Positions 1 through 16,239 of a stretch of 59,664 bases of DNA are shown here, in pieces (position 1 is the stretch's first letter; the number at the start of each line of letters is the position of its first letter). Under the pieces are notes generated by a model. It was not told the origin of the DNA and did no database searches. It saw only the letters and a program-made list of their open reading frames with translations. A program made the translations under genes and the position numbers. The stretch is from Perkinsus olseni (lineage: Eukaryota): the NCBI GenBank assembly GCA_013115125.1, contig JABANN010000025.1:62001-121664 (forward strand), written 5' to 3'.

Positions 1-965
1 GACTAGCACACTTGTTACTAGCGTGATCGGTACACCGCGGCAGTGGACAGAGGTGAGTGGACTCAGTGGCTTACATGGTCAGCCGAGGATCTCCTTGCAG
101 AATGTCGACTCGGATACTTCTGACGTTTAAAGGGCATTAGAGTCACTTAAGAATGATAACTTCACAAGCGGAGTGATAGGAGATGTTGTTGCACGCATGG
201 CCAGCGGCACGTGTGCAGGGCGAGCGAAAATTCGCCTCATCGCTGACGATCGACAATCTGGGAATCGAAGCCTCGATAAAGAGCCAAACGTATCGATCGG
301 GTGCTCTACAGGGTACGGCAGGGTCGTACATATTGAGCCCGGGCATTGAGCATCCAAGAGCGGAGTACAGACGAAGCAGCTGCATCTCTCGACGTGGGGG
401 CGCGCCCTGAAATCGTTTCAACAACACTCAGTGCGACTCTTGCAATCTTGCTGTTTCTCAAATTCACACGGCGCTCCTTGTCAAGGCACCTGGATCGCGT
501 CGTGGCAAACAGCATCACCCCGTGCAGCGTTAGCCATCCGCCCGACCTTGTTTGGCACACGAGGATGTCAATAGACCGTTGCTCTCGCGTTGAGTATCCA
601 CGTCGAGTTTCGCCGAACCTGGCTCCTGGAAGCCCAAGATAAGGCGACGTAACCCCCGTCATGTTGTGTCAGTGGAGGCTCATCACTCGGCAGCATCACA
701 CCGCTTACTGCTCGGCGGTGGTTACACGAGTATGGGTACGATACTGTTGAGTTTTCCAGCGATTTTATCGTTGTAATCACATGTCAACACAACCACCACG
801 TATAGGAGGTGGTCTTTTTTCGAAGTCCCGGCAAGAAGGTCGGAAGGCCAATGCTGATGGAGATGGGAAGCCTCAAGAGGGTGATATGGGGAAGGTAGTA
901 AAGGGAAGGGCCAACATCCTCCAGTGACTTCAGCTCGATCATTTCGGCTTGTTGAAAGACCGTCA
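1..965 (-). mobile_element. Possible degenerate retroelement remnant
   Basis: Broken minus-strand ORFs with YYLPH (784-966) and SIPRL (143-427), loosely like Bel/Pao pol motifs. No intact domain and no clear splice pattern. Confidence 0.2.
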
Positions 966-1007
966 CTAGTGTGCTAGGTGGAAGTCGCCTTAAATTCTTC
1001 CCTCAGG

Positions 1008-4000
1008 TTACCGCCCCTGTATCGCTGCCTACCGCCCCCTCGCGTCAGGCTGTGGGGACGGCCGAGTCGTTATTCTCTCCAACGGGCTCGAGCTCCCTCC
1101 CCGGCATCTTCGGGGCCACCAGCAGCAACGGCAGCCAGACTACGAATAGTGACAGTAATACAACTGAAGGGAAGTCCGCTGAGCAGGCTGGGACGGGCCA
1201 GTCGCCCAGCTCCCCCCCGCCACCACCTCCGCCCGAGGTGGGAGCATCGGATAGGACCGGGAGTGATGAGAAGTCCTCCGTGCACTCCGAAGGGGCCGAG
1301 CGCAACCCTTCGCTGGAGCGTCCAGTTTCGACAGCGGCCGAGTCGGTTTTAGTGGCGTTGCGGTCGGTGGTGGACAGTGGCGGTGAATCTGCGAAAGAGA
1401 AGGGCGGCAACAATGCCGCAGGGGAGGGTCAAACCGAGGCCGCCGATGTGGCCTTGGCGGAAGGGGAGCCTCCCAGTGGGCCTCCGCGGTATGTGTCCTC
1501 CCATCGGACTCCGAAGGCCATCAGCGCCAACTCTAATCCGTTCGGAGCAGTCGCCTCGCGGGCTGGAGAGCGCACGGCTCGAGCAGGGGTCACATCCCCG
1601 AGGTACGTCAAACCGTTCCCGCCTGGCATGCACGCCGACAGCGGCGACGATGGTAGTAAGGATGGACAGCGTGGCACGGAGGCTGAGGGGCAGGAGCCGA
1701 TGGCAGCGCCGCCCCAGAGTGGCAGTAGGAGTGTGCACTCCTCGCAACGACATGTACCCGAGCCAGTGAAGGCGTCCTCTGATCCCTTCGGCAGCGTGCC
1801 TCGGCCTAGAACGGAATCAGGGTCCCTGGGCAGCCCAGGTGTCACCTCCCCTCGCTACGTGAACCCCTTCCCGGAAGCCATGCATAAGCCTCTGGGTTCA
1901 CCGAGGTCGGGCGTGGTGATGCCCCCCTCCTTCCACCAGGAGGCGGACTTCCCTCCGCGCCAGGCGCTGGACGCTAAGGCTCTCTTTTCCGAGGATGATT
2001 GGACCAGTTTTATACCACCTGGTGGCGACCGGAGCGGCCAGGAGGAGGTTGAGGCGGCGGCGGAGCACTCCGTCATGCATTGGAGCGATGGTGATGCAGC
2101 GACTCAGCCTGATGCAGCGGCGACGGCCCCGAGTCAGCAGCCCGATGGTCAGACTGGGCGTAGCTCGGCGGCGGAGACATCTCCAGAGGGGGTAGACGGG
2201 GATGCAGCAGCCACGACGACTGAGGCAGAGGAGAAGATGCCAACGTCGACGGCGTCACCAACGGCAGAGGAGCAGGCCCCAGCAGCAGCCACGGTCCCAG
2301 CAAAGGCAGAGGAGAAGGCCCCAGCAGCAGCCACGGTCCCAGCAAAGGCAGAGGAGAAGGCCCCAGGGTCGACATTACCACCGAAGGCAGAGGAGAAGGC
2401 CCCAGCAGCAGCCACAGTGCCGCCGAGGGTAGACGAGAAGGCCCCGGCAGCAGCCTCTGTGCCGCCGAGGGCAGAGGAGCAGGCCCCAGCAGCAGCCTCT
2501 GTGCCGGTAGGGAGTCCAGGCGTGCCGACAGCGGCGTCACTTTTTGAAGACTCTATGTCGCCGGTAGACTTCATATCGGGTACTCGTCCCCCAGCCCTCA
2601 GCTTCAGTGCTCTGCTACATAGCCAGGAAGCACAGCAGCAGCAGCAGCAGCAGCAGCCAGAAGTCCCTGTTACGACTGAGAAGGAGAAGGGTCGGACAAC
2701 CCCTCCACCGGTTATTCCGGAGAAGCCGCAGGGGAAGGAGCGTGCTCGGAGGTCGACGGATGATCTTCCAGTGCCTGGCGTGGCCTTCGGGTTCGGTGGT
2801 GAAGTTTTTGAAGTGTCTGGGGGCAGGGTGAGCAGCGTGCCATTTCCTCGCGAGGTAGCGGAGGAACTCCGCTCCTACCCTGGACCCTTTACTCCGTCCA
2901 CTCCGAAGGCGGTGGTCCAACAGTACTGCGAAAGGATGGTCGCCGGTACCAATGGGGACGAGAGGATCTTGTGGGAGCTGCTGGCGGTTCTCGCACGGGA
3001 AGATACTAATCCCACTAACTGGCAGGAGAAGGTCCGTGGTGCCCTGCTCGAGGGGTCAACCATCGGTAACGGTGTTGATTCACTGGTGCGGCTGTGCTGT
3101 GCTGCTGCCGCTGACGATGCTAAGCTGGACACCTTTGTTAAGAGCGAGACTGAAGACGTGGACTGGGCCTGCGTCCTAGCCTTGGCCTCCACTCAAGGAC
3201 CTGACAGCTTCCGCCACTTTATGGCCCTCTACGGCGAGAGGGGTATCGCTACAACGCACAGGGATGTTCGAGAGAGCCCAGCGAGGTTGATACTGCAGCT
3301 GGTCGTGGAGACCTTCACCGGTGAAGGGACTACGGACGAGATGGGTGCGGAGAGCCTCGACCTTTGGGCAGTGGCGGCGGTCCTCTTCCTCCGGATGGCG
3401 GCGTTCGATCGAGCCGCTGTCGGACTTCGAAGATTGGCCGACTCCCTCATGCACGCTGGTAGGGTCCCAGCGGCTGATGTTTGCTATATCCTGGGCAAAA
3501 TGATTAGCGGACCGAAGCAGCTATTCGACCCCGTCGATGACCCCAATGCTCTCATGTGCATGCTACTGGTAGATCATAGGGATATATCCCAGCTCAGCCG
3601 TATCCTCCAACCCCGGGCCCTTCACGCCTCGGAGGTCCTGGAGTACGTCGGCCCTGCTGCAGTGGAGCCCTCCTTGGTACCCTTCAAGTTCGTCTATGCC
3701 CAGCGCCTGGCTGAGTGTGGCCTACTGGACCAGGCCTCAGCCTACTGCAAGGAGATTTATCAGTACATGGGAGATCAACCCGCAGGAAGATACTCGAAGC
3801 ATCTAAGGAATCTTGTGGGTGACTTTGGTAGAAGGTTGACCTTGCACAGAAGATACGTTCCTGAGGCGGAGCTGTGCACCTCGGACTACAAGTTGGATGA
3901 GTCGGATAACAAGCGTGGGCTTTGGGGTGGCCTCAAGTCTTTGGCTGCTGGCTCCCGCCAGACGACGCCGGAGAGCACTTGGGCTAAGGTAATACCAGCA

Positions 4001-5153
4001 GCGTTCAGGGTATCGTTTTATCTGTCCTTTTCAGCCTCAACCAGCTCCTTCGAGCGCTGCTCAACCAGCGCCTCCAAGCGCCCCTCAAATGGCTCCAGCC
4101 CAGCATCATCAACGACCAGCCGCCACGGTACCTCCCCCTGTGCAGGTGCCTTCCACTGCCGAGCCTCCTGCCATGGTCACACAGCAACAGCAGCCTCCGA
4201 CGGCGCCAATGCCTGTTGGTGCTATGCAGGGACCACGCATTGATACCGAAGCTAATCCCTTTGCCCATCCCCAGCCCGCAGCGGCACCTCCACATCAGCA
4301 ACAACAGCATACTGCTTCCCGAGGGCAATGGTCTGATGGCCCTCATGTGACGGCGACGGGTATTGCTCGACCCCATCCTCGAGAAGGGGCCTTGCCTGGC
4401 TCGGGCAGCTTGGTGTCGCCTGTTGCTAGTCATGCTACACCTATTGGCTTCCACCCGGAGTCGATGGCTACGGCTCCTCCTTCTTCGGGACAGTCGATGC
4501 AGGTCGGTGGTCCCTCCTCTCCACCTCTGCCCCACCGCCAAGGGTCGATAGCATCACCACACCCTCTTCAGGGCGTGTCTTCTCCCTCCTCTGGGAGGGC
4601 ACATCGGCTGCCGAGTGCTGCCTTCTCTAACGCCGGCATGGCCAGCCCACCACCGCCCGTGCCCGGCCAACAGCCTGGCTTTTTTGATGGTCAACAACAG
4701 CAGTATGGTTATGCTGACTCCATGCCCCCTCCGGGCGGCAGGCCTCCCCTGATCCCACCGAATCAGCAGTGGGGATCGAGGCCCCGGGTTCAAACCACGG
4801 AGAGAGCATCTAATGATCAAAATCACCCCGATGCACTTGAATCTGCTGGAAAGTACCTCGGTGGTCTACTAGGCGGTCTGAAGTCTGCGGTGGCAGGGAT
4901 ATCAGAGTCGCTGTCGGGCTCCTCTCAGCCCGAAGGGGACCCCTACGCACTGGGCGAGGAGAATACCTTTTACTATGACGAGGTGCGGAAGGAATGGCGT
5001 CAACGGGGTCAGCCAGAGGGGCAGGTCTCCCCTGTTGCAGCAGCACCTCCGGCACCTGCAGCTCCACTGGCGCCGCCTCCTACTGGTTTTGCACCGACTC
5101 AGAGGAAACAGTATACACAAGGGAACTATGTTGACGTTATGCGCTTTGGTTGA
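1008..5153 (+). CDS. SEC16: COPII coat assembly protein Sec16 (5' end unresolved; intron 3989-4034)
   Basis: Low-complexity N-terminus, then Sec16 central-domain motifs LRSYPGPF, ILWELL, AADVCYILG, SEVLEY and PFKFVYAQRLAECGLLDQASAYC. Pro/Gln-rich tail with LGEENTFYYDEVRKEW and terminal YVDV. A 46-nt GT-AG intron joins ORFs 971-4243 and 4089-5153. The coding region starts at a splice acceptor (ttcttccctcag, ~1007). Confidence 0.88.
2263..2506 (+). repeat. 42-bp coding tandem repeat (AEEKAPAAATVPAK-like, ~6 copies) in SEC16
   Basis: Repeated gcagaggagaaggccccagcagcagccacggtcc units. A (CAG)n polyQ run follows at ~2633-2657. Confidence 0.9.
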
Positions 5154-5364
5154 TTCTTCCTAGTCGTTATCATCATCATCGTCATCAGCAACAGTACTGT
5201 ACCTATTCTCTGTCTCCTCGGCGGCGGCGATCAGCTTCCCTTTTTCAGTCGTTTGCTGCTGCCCGTCACACAGGGGCTGTCATAAATTTGATACCGTTAC
5301 ACTGCCAAGGCTGTTGAGTTTGAAGAGTCATAGAGGGAGGTACTGGGGTCAGCTAGTTCCTCAG

Positions 5365-8300
5365 ATGGATCTGTTTCGGAAGATTAATGACATCCTGGAT
5401 GCCGCTGACGCTGAGGATGCCGAGAGGAAGAGCGCCGCCACCAGCGAGGACCTCAGGGTAATACCGGTACTCGACTCTGGATTAGACGTGAGGGCTTCAG
5501 AACGCCCATGGTGGCCGTTCGACGGTAGACACTAGTCAGAATGGAGAGGCCTTGGGGACCCCTTCGAGGGTTGGAGGGGAGGTACGGCCGTCGTGGCCTC
5601 TGCTGTGCCCTCGAGTTGGTCTCGGTTCAGGCTAGGCCCGGCAGTGGCTCTCGATGGGCTGCTGGGGGGTCCTCCTGGGTGAAGGGCCTCTCTGATAGGG
5701 CCAGTGCAGCCCTTCAGAACATATCCCCGCCATCCCGTGCGCCATCAGCAGCAGCGACAGGGGCTGAGCACGTGTCCCTCGGGGCCTACCCGCGGCCCGC
5801 CCAACCCGAACCCTCCGCAGTGGTGCCTGATGACCTCTTCGGGTCGGCTGGGGATGGTCATGATAATGACGATCTGCTGGTCTGGGAGAGTGAAGCAGCG
5901 ACATCGACGTGGAGACCGAAGGAGCAGCAGCAAGCTGAGGTGGCCACCCTTCCTGCTGCCCCCACGCCCAGTGACGTCTTCGGCAACGCGGCTGCAGACG
6001 CTGCTAGGGTGATATCGGAGGAAGAGGAGGGCAGCGATGTAGCGTCGGGTGAAGCTAAGGAGATGCCGGTGTCCCCAAGGTCTCCGGAGGATGCCATCAT
6101 GGCGCGGGAAATCGTCCCAGTGCCGGCTGCTATTGCGCACCCTCTGGCGCCAGGAAAAGCGCAGAATGCTGGCGGCCAGCAACTTGACGATGCAGACGTT
6201 GAATCCGGCGCGGAGGTTGTTGAAGATACACAGGGGCCCGACCTAGGCACCGCTGAAGGGGCGGAGAGGGAGTCAGAGGCCGATGGGGCTACAGCGCTGG
6301 GTGCTGATACAGCACGGCTGCCGGAAGATGAGCAACCGGACCGATCTCCAGAAGAGGAGTCTCCCCGCTCTCCACCACCTCCCCCTGCAATACCCGATAC
6401 CACTGACGAGAGCCCTTCCCTGTCCACCACTCCCCGCCAGTCTGAGGCGTCCATGAGAGAGCGGCGTGAGATTGATGGCAGTAGCAGCCCGGCAGAGTCC
6501 TCACCACAGCGAGACGACACAGACCACAGCCCAGAGGGCTGCGGGACCGGTAGGTTGGCGTGTCCGTAGGCTGAATAGCTTGGCCCCTGTCAGTCGTCGT
6601 GGAGGGCAGTGGCTCCTCTGGGGAATCTGGCAGCAGTCGTGTTGTTGTCGAACCCAATACGCGGATGTTAGTGGAGAAAGCCGAGGTTGGGCTGCTTCGC
6701 TCCGCTAAGATCAGTCGCATATTTCAGAGGCTCGAGAATCTGTTGTTGGAGTCGTCCTCGAGAGTCAACGACCTCGAGAAGGCCCTCCAGCTGAAGGAGG
6801 GGGAGATGCGGGATCTGCAGCACACCTACGCCGAGGAGATCTCCAAGGCAGTTGGCCGTGGGGACGGGTGGGACGTGATGGCTCTCGGCGGCCCAGGCCT
6901 CACCAGCTTCTTAGGTCGCTGCAGAGTCTCCGTCGAGAGATGCAGAAGCTGCGGCAGAGGTGTGCTGACCTCCAGGAGGAGGTCCAGAACCAGATGAAAG
7001 GCTCTGAGAGGGACGTCGAGGCCGCCAGACAGGAGATGGAGGGGGAGGTAGGCTGAGCTACTCCCACCACCCCTGGAGGACTGCGCTGCTGTTCCAGTTG
7101 GCTTTGCTACTGGGCCAGAAGGAATCGTCAATAGCGGATCTTAAGTCGCAGCTGGCGGCAGAGAGGAGTAGGCGAAGGCACTCGTGAGGGATGCCTGAGG
7201 TATCGCGGCCTTAGGTCGGTCGGCTCAGCTCGAGGGAGACCTCGCAACAACTCGTAGTAAACTGAAGGACAAGTAAGGGCGTTCTGGGAGATCAATGGTG
7301 TGCCGACCAGTGCGGCATCAGGGACGCCACATCCACCAGCGAGCTGGCCAAACTTCGACGACAACTCAGCGACTATTCCGAGAGCAACGCAGAGTTGAAG
7401 AACGCGTACGGGCGGTGCATCCTCATCGAGCACCCTCCACTGGTCGTGGTCGTTGCAGATACGCGAACGCTAATGCCGAAGTCGAACGGACATCGGCCGC
7501 GGTAGCTGACGGCAACAAGAGGACCGAGGAGCTGGAGAAGTCCCTGGCCGCTGCAGAGCTTCGGGCTGAGGTGGGGCATCTCCCTTCATCCTCCTGTCCT
7601 GTAATTCTGATCTCAGAATGCCTCCTCGGAGTCGGCCAAGTTGGCCCAACAAGTTTTCGAACTCCAGTCGAGTCTTCACGAGAAGGATCTCGCAGCCACT
7701 ACAGCGGGAGCGGTGGAAGCTGCTAAGACAAGGGTCTCGCAGTTGGAGGTACGGGGGCGTGTTACCCAAGGCTTCCGGCAGGGCTGGGGTTGTTCAGGAC
7801 GCCCTGAAGGAGAAGGCCGACAAGATTGAGCAGGCGGAGGAGGAGCTGCGCCGGACGACGGCCCGAGCGGACAGCGACAAGGAGAGGTGAAGCGTAGCGG
7901 CGGCCTCTCAGTGGTGCAGGGACTGACCCTCAGGTTCATGGCTCGGATATCGGCATTGGAGTCGGACCTTGCTGCCGCGAAGACAGCTTTGGGAAGGCAG
8001 TCATCTCCGCCCACCACGGACTTGCAGGTCGGCGACCGCTGTAGTCGGTGCGACTGTTCATCAGTGGCGCCTTCAGGAGACCATCACGCGGCTGCAAAAG
8101 GGGATGACGCAGGCCGCCCAAGGCCACATGCGAGAGGTGGAGGTCCTTCAAAAACGGTACAGGCTAGCGCACCTCCGATGATGCTGTTCGCTACATTCTC
8201 CCCTCAGGATATCCGAGAAGGACCGGCGCATCGAAGCTCTGGTCTGCGAGGTTAACGTTTACCGCAATGACCAGCAGCAACAACAGCAGGAGTCTTCGTC

Positions 8301-8718
8301 GTACAAGGTAGGCTGGATGCCCGCTCCCGAGACGCCTTGGCCATTCTCCTCCAGTTTGGCGGTGGTCGCCAGCTGAGCGATGTCGAGCTCGGAGAGATGT
8401 CCCCATTCGGTACCCCGAGAGTCGGCCGGAACAAGCGGATACGTGATGGTAGCAGCTCAGCAGCCCTCCGCCAGACACTCAACTCTGTGTGCTCTCCTCG
8501 CAGGCATGGTGGAACTGCGGCCCAACCGAGGGAATCCGATCATCAAAATCGTCAACGAGATCGACACAGTTTCTCGGGCGGCAGTCCGGCAGCTTGTCCG
8601 CTCACCCTTCGCCCGGGTCCTGCTCCTACTCTACGTCGTTGCGCTTCACGTCTGGGTTTTGCTTATCCTGCAGTGGTCCCTTCGAGAGACCCGTACCCCG
8701 GCCACTGGCGACCAGTAG
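5365..8718 (+). CDS. Golgin-84-like coiled-coil protein with C-terminal transmembrane anchor (multi-exon)
   Basis: Starts MDLFRKINDILD, then an acidic disordered region and many short coiled-coil exons. The last exon RQLVRSPFARVLLLLYVVALHVWVLLILQW has the Tyr/His transmembrane signature of golgin-84/CASP tail anchors. Confidence 0.7.
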
Positions 8719-9084
8719 CAGCAGCAGTAGCATTTGACAGCTTTATCATAGTATATTTCCAACTGGACTTTATCAGACTCCATCCACGCTTGCGTTGTGG
8801 ACATCAATTCATCTCGTGGTGGTTTTCCAGTCACTAGACCGAGCAGAGGGGCAGTCCGTCGTCAGCTCGGTCGTAGGGTGAGTATTGTGTCTATCATCAT
8901 AATTCTTCATCAGCCATCGACGATGAGGCTCTGACGCGATGACTAGAACGATCGTCGTCATTAATCACAGCTAGGGATGCTTTGAAGCACTCTTGTGCCC
9001 GCTGGTGGTCCTCGTTGGCCTTCGACCACCGCAGCACTAGTCACCTGTCTTTGCTAGTAGTTAGTTCACCCCTCTACTCCCCCA

Positions 9085-11743
<2,659 letters not shown>

Positions 11744-12199
11744 CTATGAGTTGTTTTAATGTTAACAGTAGTTTTTCACTTTGATATTTTGGGCCGAGTT
11801 CTCGAGTGCACCCACCACGATGATTATTTGAGCACCCACAGGGTGACACGAAGACTTAGCCGTTGTGGTGCCGCATCCTTCGTCGGTGAGCTCAACAGAA
11901 ACCCTAACGTGTTGCCCCTCGGACGCAGGTCGAGGTGGTCGCATCCCCGTGCGTCGCTAACCCTACACAGAAGCACTCCAGTCAAGCAAGTGGGGGTGCC
12001 TTCGAGAGAGTTTATGTCGCTGCGGAAGGGATGCTCGTGTTCAGCAGAGATCGCGCAGATAGGATTGATATCGTGAAAAAATCAAGTCCTGTATTTCGCT
12101 TTTGTATCCGAGGGCGGTGAAGAACCTTTGCACCACTAACAGTCACGCTAACTGTTAACCCAACACGTGAAGTAGCACACAGGGCACGGCAAATTTCAC

Positions 12200-15100
12200 A
12201 CGAACACGGCAGGTCATGGGGCCGAGATTTCGCCTCCGAACCCGCTGCTCTGCGTACTCTGCATACTCTCATAACCGAATCGCCTGAAGGACAAGAGCTG
12301 GGCATGCGTGGCCTCGACTTCTGCCCTTCTACAGTCGCGACTGGTAGCGTTCGAGCCTGTCTCTGATTTCAACAGAGGGGCTCCGAGGGAACCTGTAGGA
12401 TCGTCATCGAGGACATCAGACTGCGGCGCCCTACCTCGACTTCCAAGGGGCTCCTTGAAGGGCATCGAGCACCACTCTGCGAGAACGTGTCCGCCCAACC
12501 ATCCATGCCAGTGCATCCTGAGAAGGGGTGAGGCCAAGTCGGGACGCCTTCATCGCATCACCCTGCTCCGCCGCACCGCCTGACCGTCTTCCGAGTCGCT
12601 GTAGAGCAGTATCTTCTTCCGCATAACAGCAACTATCCGCCGTCGAATCTGAGGCTGCCGTTCCCGCTTCCCATAACCACTAAGTCGTTACCTCCTCCAG
12701 CTCCCTCCTCGTCTTGATGAGGGAATCTTCTGTCATGTGAACGTCAGTCATGAACCTATGATGCGAGCTACAGTGGGGCACTCCTGAACAGTAGAAGCTC
12801 ACTCGCTCATGGGGATCGGCTCCAGCGGCTCGCTCATGTCCGGAGGAGCATCTGAGCAACACCACGAGAGTGCAAGGTCAGGCAAAAGCCGGGTAATCCA
12901 GATCTTACCGACAGGAAACAAGCTGCTAGTTCTCGATAGAAAACTCAGTTGGCTGGTCACTTCTTCTGGGAGATGTTTTTGTACGGACAGCGACCCTGCA
13001 CTAGCCCGAGTTTCGTCCGGAGGCGGCGGGCCCTCGGAGCGGGTAAGCGATTTAATGTCATTAACCTGAGCATGTGGCCCTCACTGACAAAGAGTGTCGA
13101 GGAGCCCACCAGTCGGCAGGTGGCTCGACGCCAGCCCTCCGTACTCGTCCATATCGCTGACGATGAATGACTCATCACGGACTGTGTCACACTGACAGGG
13201 CAAGGCGGTCGGCCGATCCTCGGAAGCATAAGGGCAGTGCAAACCTCATCAGCCGACTTCTCTCCACTCCCATCGCACCGGCTGCCTCCCGCTTCTGTTG
13301 TGCCAGCCGGCCTCGAAGTCCTTCGATTCGGATTTTGAAAGCAGCGATGTTAACAAAGGCCTACACGGGACGAGTAGACACAGTGACACGGACACGGCCG
13401 TACGTTGAGCATCCAAGGCTCGGTGAGGATGGTGCGGCCGTAGGATTCTCGGAGGTGCTGCATACCTGAGGGGCAGCGCAAGCGTTCACACCTGACCGGC
13501 CAAGCTGAATTCCTACATTCAGTCGAGGTCACTCCGGTCCGAAGGAGCTCTCGGATGATTCGACCCACGGCCTTGCCGTCCCGTCTTGTACAGATTTTCA
13601 GCATGCTGAGGAGCACCTGAGGGAAAGGTCGTCAGGCGAGTGACGATGATGGTGGCGTGCGGTAGGAATACCCGGCACTTCGACTCTTGATATTCCTTGT
13701 GGAGGGAGCGGGCATCCTTGAGGGCGTCACTGTGACCGCAGAGTTTCTCCGACAGCTGCGACACTCTCGCTGCAAGCACAGCTCGCTCGTTCTCTAGCCT
13801 GCACGAAGCTGATACCAGAAAAAGACGCTGCCGGGCTGCATACCTCTCCTCCACCTGCTCCTCCAACTGCCGCCGTTTGATTTTCTCCACAGCCGGCAGG
13901 GCGGATATCTGACGCGAGAGTACGAGACTTCGCCCGATCGTCCGAGCTAATACGGTGACGCCCATCGTGCACGGCCAGGCCCCACTGACCTCGTCCATTG
14001 GCAGCCTCTTCACCGTCCTCTCATTCAGCAGCTGCAGTCGGAAAGTCTCGTCTTCGAGCTGCCAGTAGAGTGTGGCACTTCAGATGCAGCACGCTTTCGA
14101 GCCTCACCGTCGGCATCAGTTCACTGACCAGCGTACGGATGTGGGCGGCCTCCTCTGACCGCTCCGTGATGAACTTGTCGAGCGCGGAGAGAGCCGTGAA
14201 GAAACGAAATTTACTCGATGAGCGTGCCGAGGGAGCTGATGAAAAAAACAGCGGCAGCGTTGGTATCCTAGGTCCATCCTAGGTCGTTACAGAATCTCCG
14301 ATAAGCCTTATCCTCGTCAGCTGCCCTCTGCAATTTGTCCACTAAATATCGCAGGTTGTTCAGGTTCTGCCGACCTACTACTAACAGTGTGCTTCTCTGG
14401 CACATGTCGAACCTCTCCTACCAACAGAGCTGCGAGGAGCGTGTTTGCCCTTCCTCGATCGGGGATTCCCTGCGGACGACGAACCTCTGCGCTCATCAGT
14501 CGAAGCCCTTGACGGAAGGAGCGAATCTTCAAGTTCTTTCACAGCGTCGATCTGAAGGCTCTTCTCAGGACGTGTGATTTCGACATCAGCATCATTACTT
14601 CGGTGAGAAGGTCAACGGCATCCGCGGCGTGCGGCAACAGGCCCGGTCCTCGGTAATGCCTGACGTGAGGATTTATGGGGATGGGTGGTAAAAGAAGAGG
14701 CGGCGAATCGAACATGACAAACTGGAAACTTCGAGTGTCACTCTTGGCCTTGACCGGTGTTCGTTCGTGGGGAGCGTATCTTAGGTCGAAGCATGCTCTT
14801 TGTGCACCCCGTTATCAGAACACAATAGATCAGCCAACAACAACAACCACGTCAATCAGACATGTCTTCGGACGACAGACTGCTCGCCGGCATCCGGCGG
14901 GCCTCAGCTAGCTCGTCATCCTCCGCTACTCCTCTCTCGACCTCCACCACCTGTGACTGCTTCCGAGAAGCGGAAGATCTCCTCGACCGTCTGCCGGTTT
15001 TGCGGGTCCGATCGGCTCCGTTCTGGGAGGCCTCAGCGGCCGGCTTCTCGGGGAACTGCCTCATTAACGTATTCACGAACTGCTGCAGTGTGAGTTTCTG

Positions 15101-16107
15101 GTCGTCCACCCTTCCCCGGCCGCTGCCATCACTTCGCCCATCAGAATCGTCGGAGCCCTCCTCCGCTACCCGAGAGGGTCGTCTGACTTTGGTTACTTCG
15201 CGGCGCCTCTCTCCCTCCCCGTCGGCGTCCGCACTGTCCCCAGCAGCCTGGCGACTCTTCGACCGCTTTGGCTCGGCATCGTTCGACCGCCGGCCTCTAA
15301 CAGCCTCTTCTGGAGCTTCCAAACGATGCAAGGACTTCCGAGAGCTTTTCCGAATAATCTTGGATTTTCGTGGCGCGCGGTCATGCTGCCTCTGACTACC
15401 CATCTCTGTCGCTTCAACTCGTCCTGCAGAACTTTCGTTCAGCGTCTCCCGCAATCGGCCTTCATCGTCAACAACCCTCGACGCCCCGTAATTCTGAGGC
15501 TCCTGACCGGCCGTCCAGGAGTACTGCGGTCCTCGCTGGGGATCCACATACTGCTGCTGTATGTGGTCGGCATACTGCGGAGATCGTTGAGCAGACACGT
15601 CGACCAGGACAGCGTGGGCCTGAGGAAGCCGTCCACACCGAGACACTACGACGATCGAGTGGCAGGATAAGGGAGGCGCTCACCATTTCGACTATCTTGT
15701 TGGTGGACATAAGGTAGAGGTCAAGCTTGTCCACGATGCGTTCCAGTCTGAGAGGAGGGGGCGACAACAACGATGGGGGATCCAATGGCGTCAGCTGGCT
15801 ATCACTTGTCACAGAGGCGATCTAACTTGAGGGCAGTCTGAGAGTGACCGTGCAGCGGCTCGGCTGGTAGTTGGAAGGAGCTGCTACTGCGACTCAGACC
15901 TCCTGATGCTGCTGTAGGCATGCCGGGGTGTGTATTCATGTCCAAAGGGACCAGCAGTGGGAAGCACTGGACGACTGTGCCGGGGGGTGATTGACAACAC
16001 AGCCCGAGAGCCTTGTAACAAGAATGAGGGGAAGGCGAATACCCGGTCATGCGGAAGCTTCCTCGTAGCTCTACAGCGCGCAAATTACTGCCAGTGACAG
16101 AATCCAC
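12200..16107 (-). CDS. Hypothetical multi-exon protein(s), partly coiled-coil/low complexity
   Basis: A series of minus-strand ORFs bounded by short GT-AG introns (e.g. 13519-14013 coiled coil, 14852-15646 charged low complexity). No recognisable domain. Could be one or two genes; ends approximate. Confidence 0.45.
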
Positions 16108-16239
16108 AGACTGACTAATACGTACTTTCGTCGCCGTCTGTCGCCATTCCGCCGAAGGGATGGGGACAAGCGTCCGGAACTAAGGCTCCGGTGAGGCAGT
16201 GCCTCCCCCTGATCCGCTCGCCACTGGTATCACCGCTTC

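Noticed and set aside
5858-6520. Long antisense ORFs overlapping GC-rich genes (also 2073-2574, 35970-36579, 52579-53226)
   Set aside because: Expected from GC-rich, low-complexity coding sequence on the other strand; no independent motifs.
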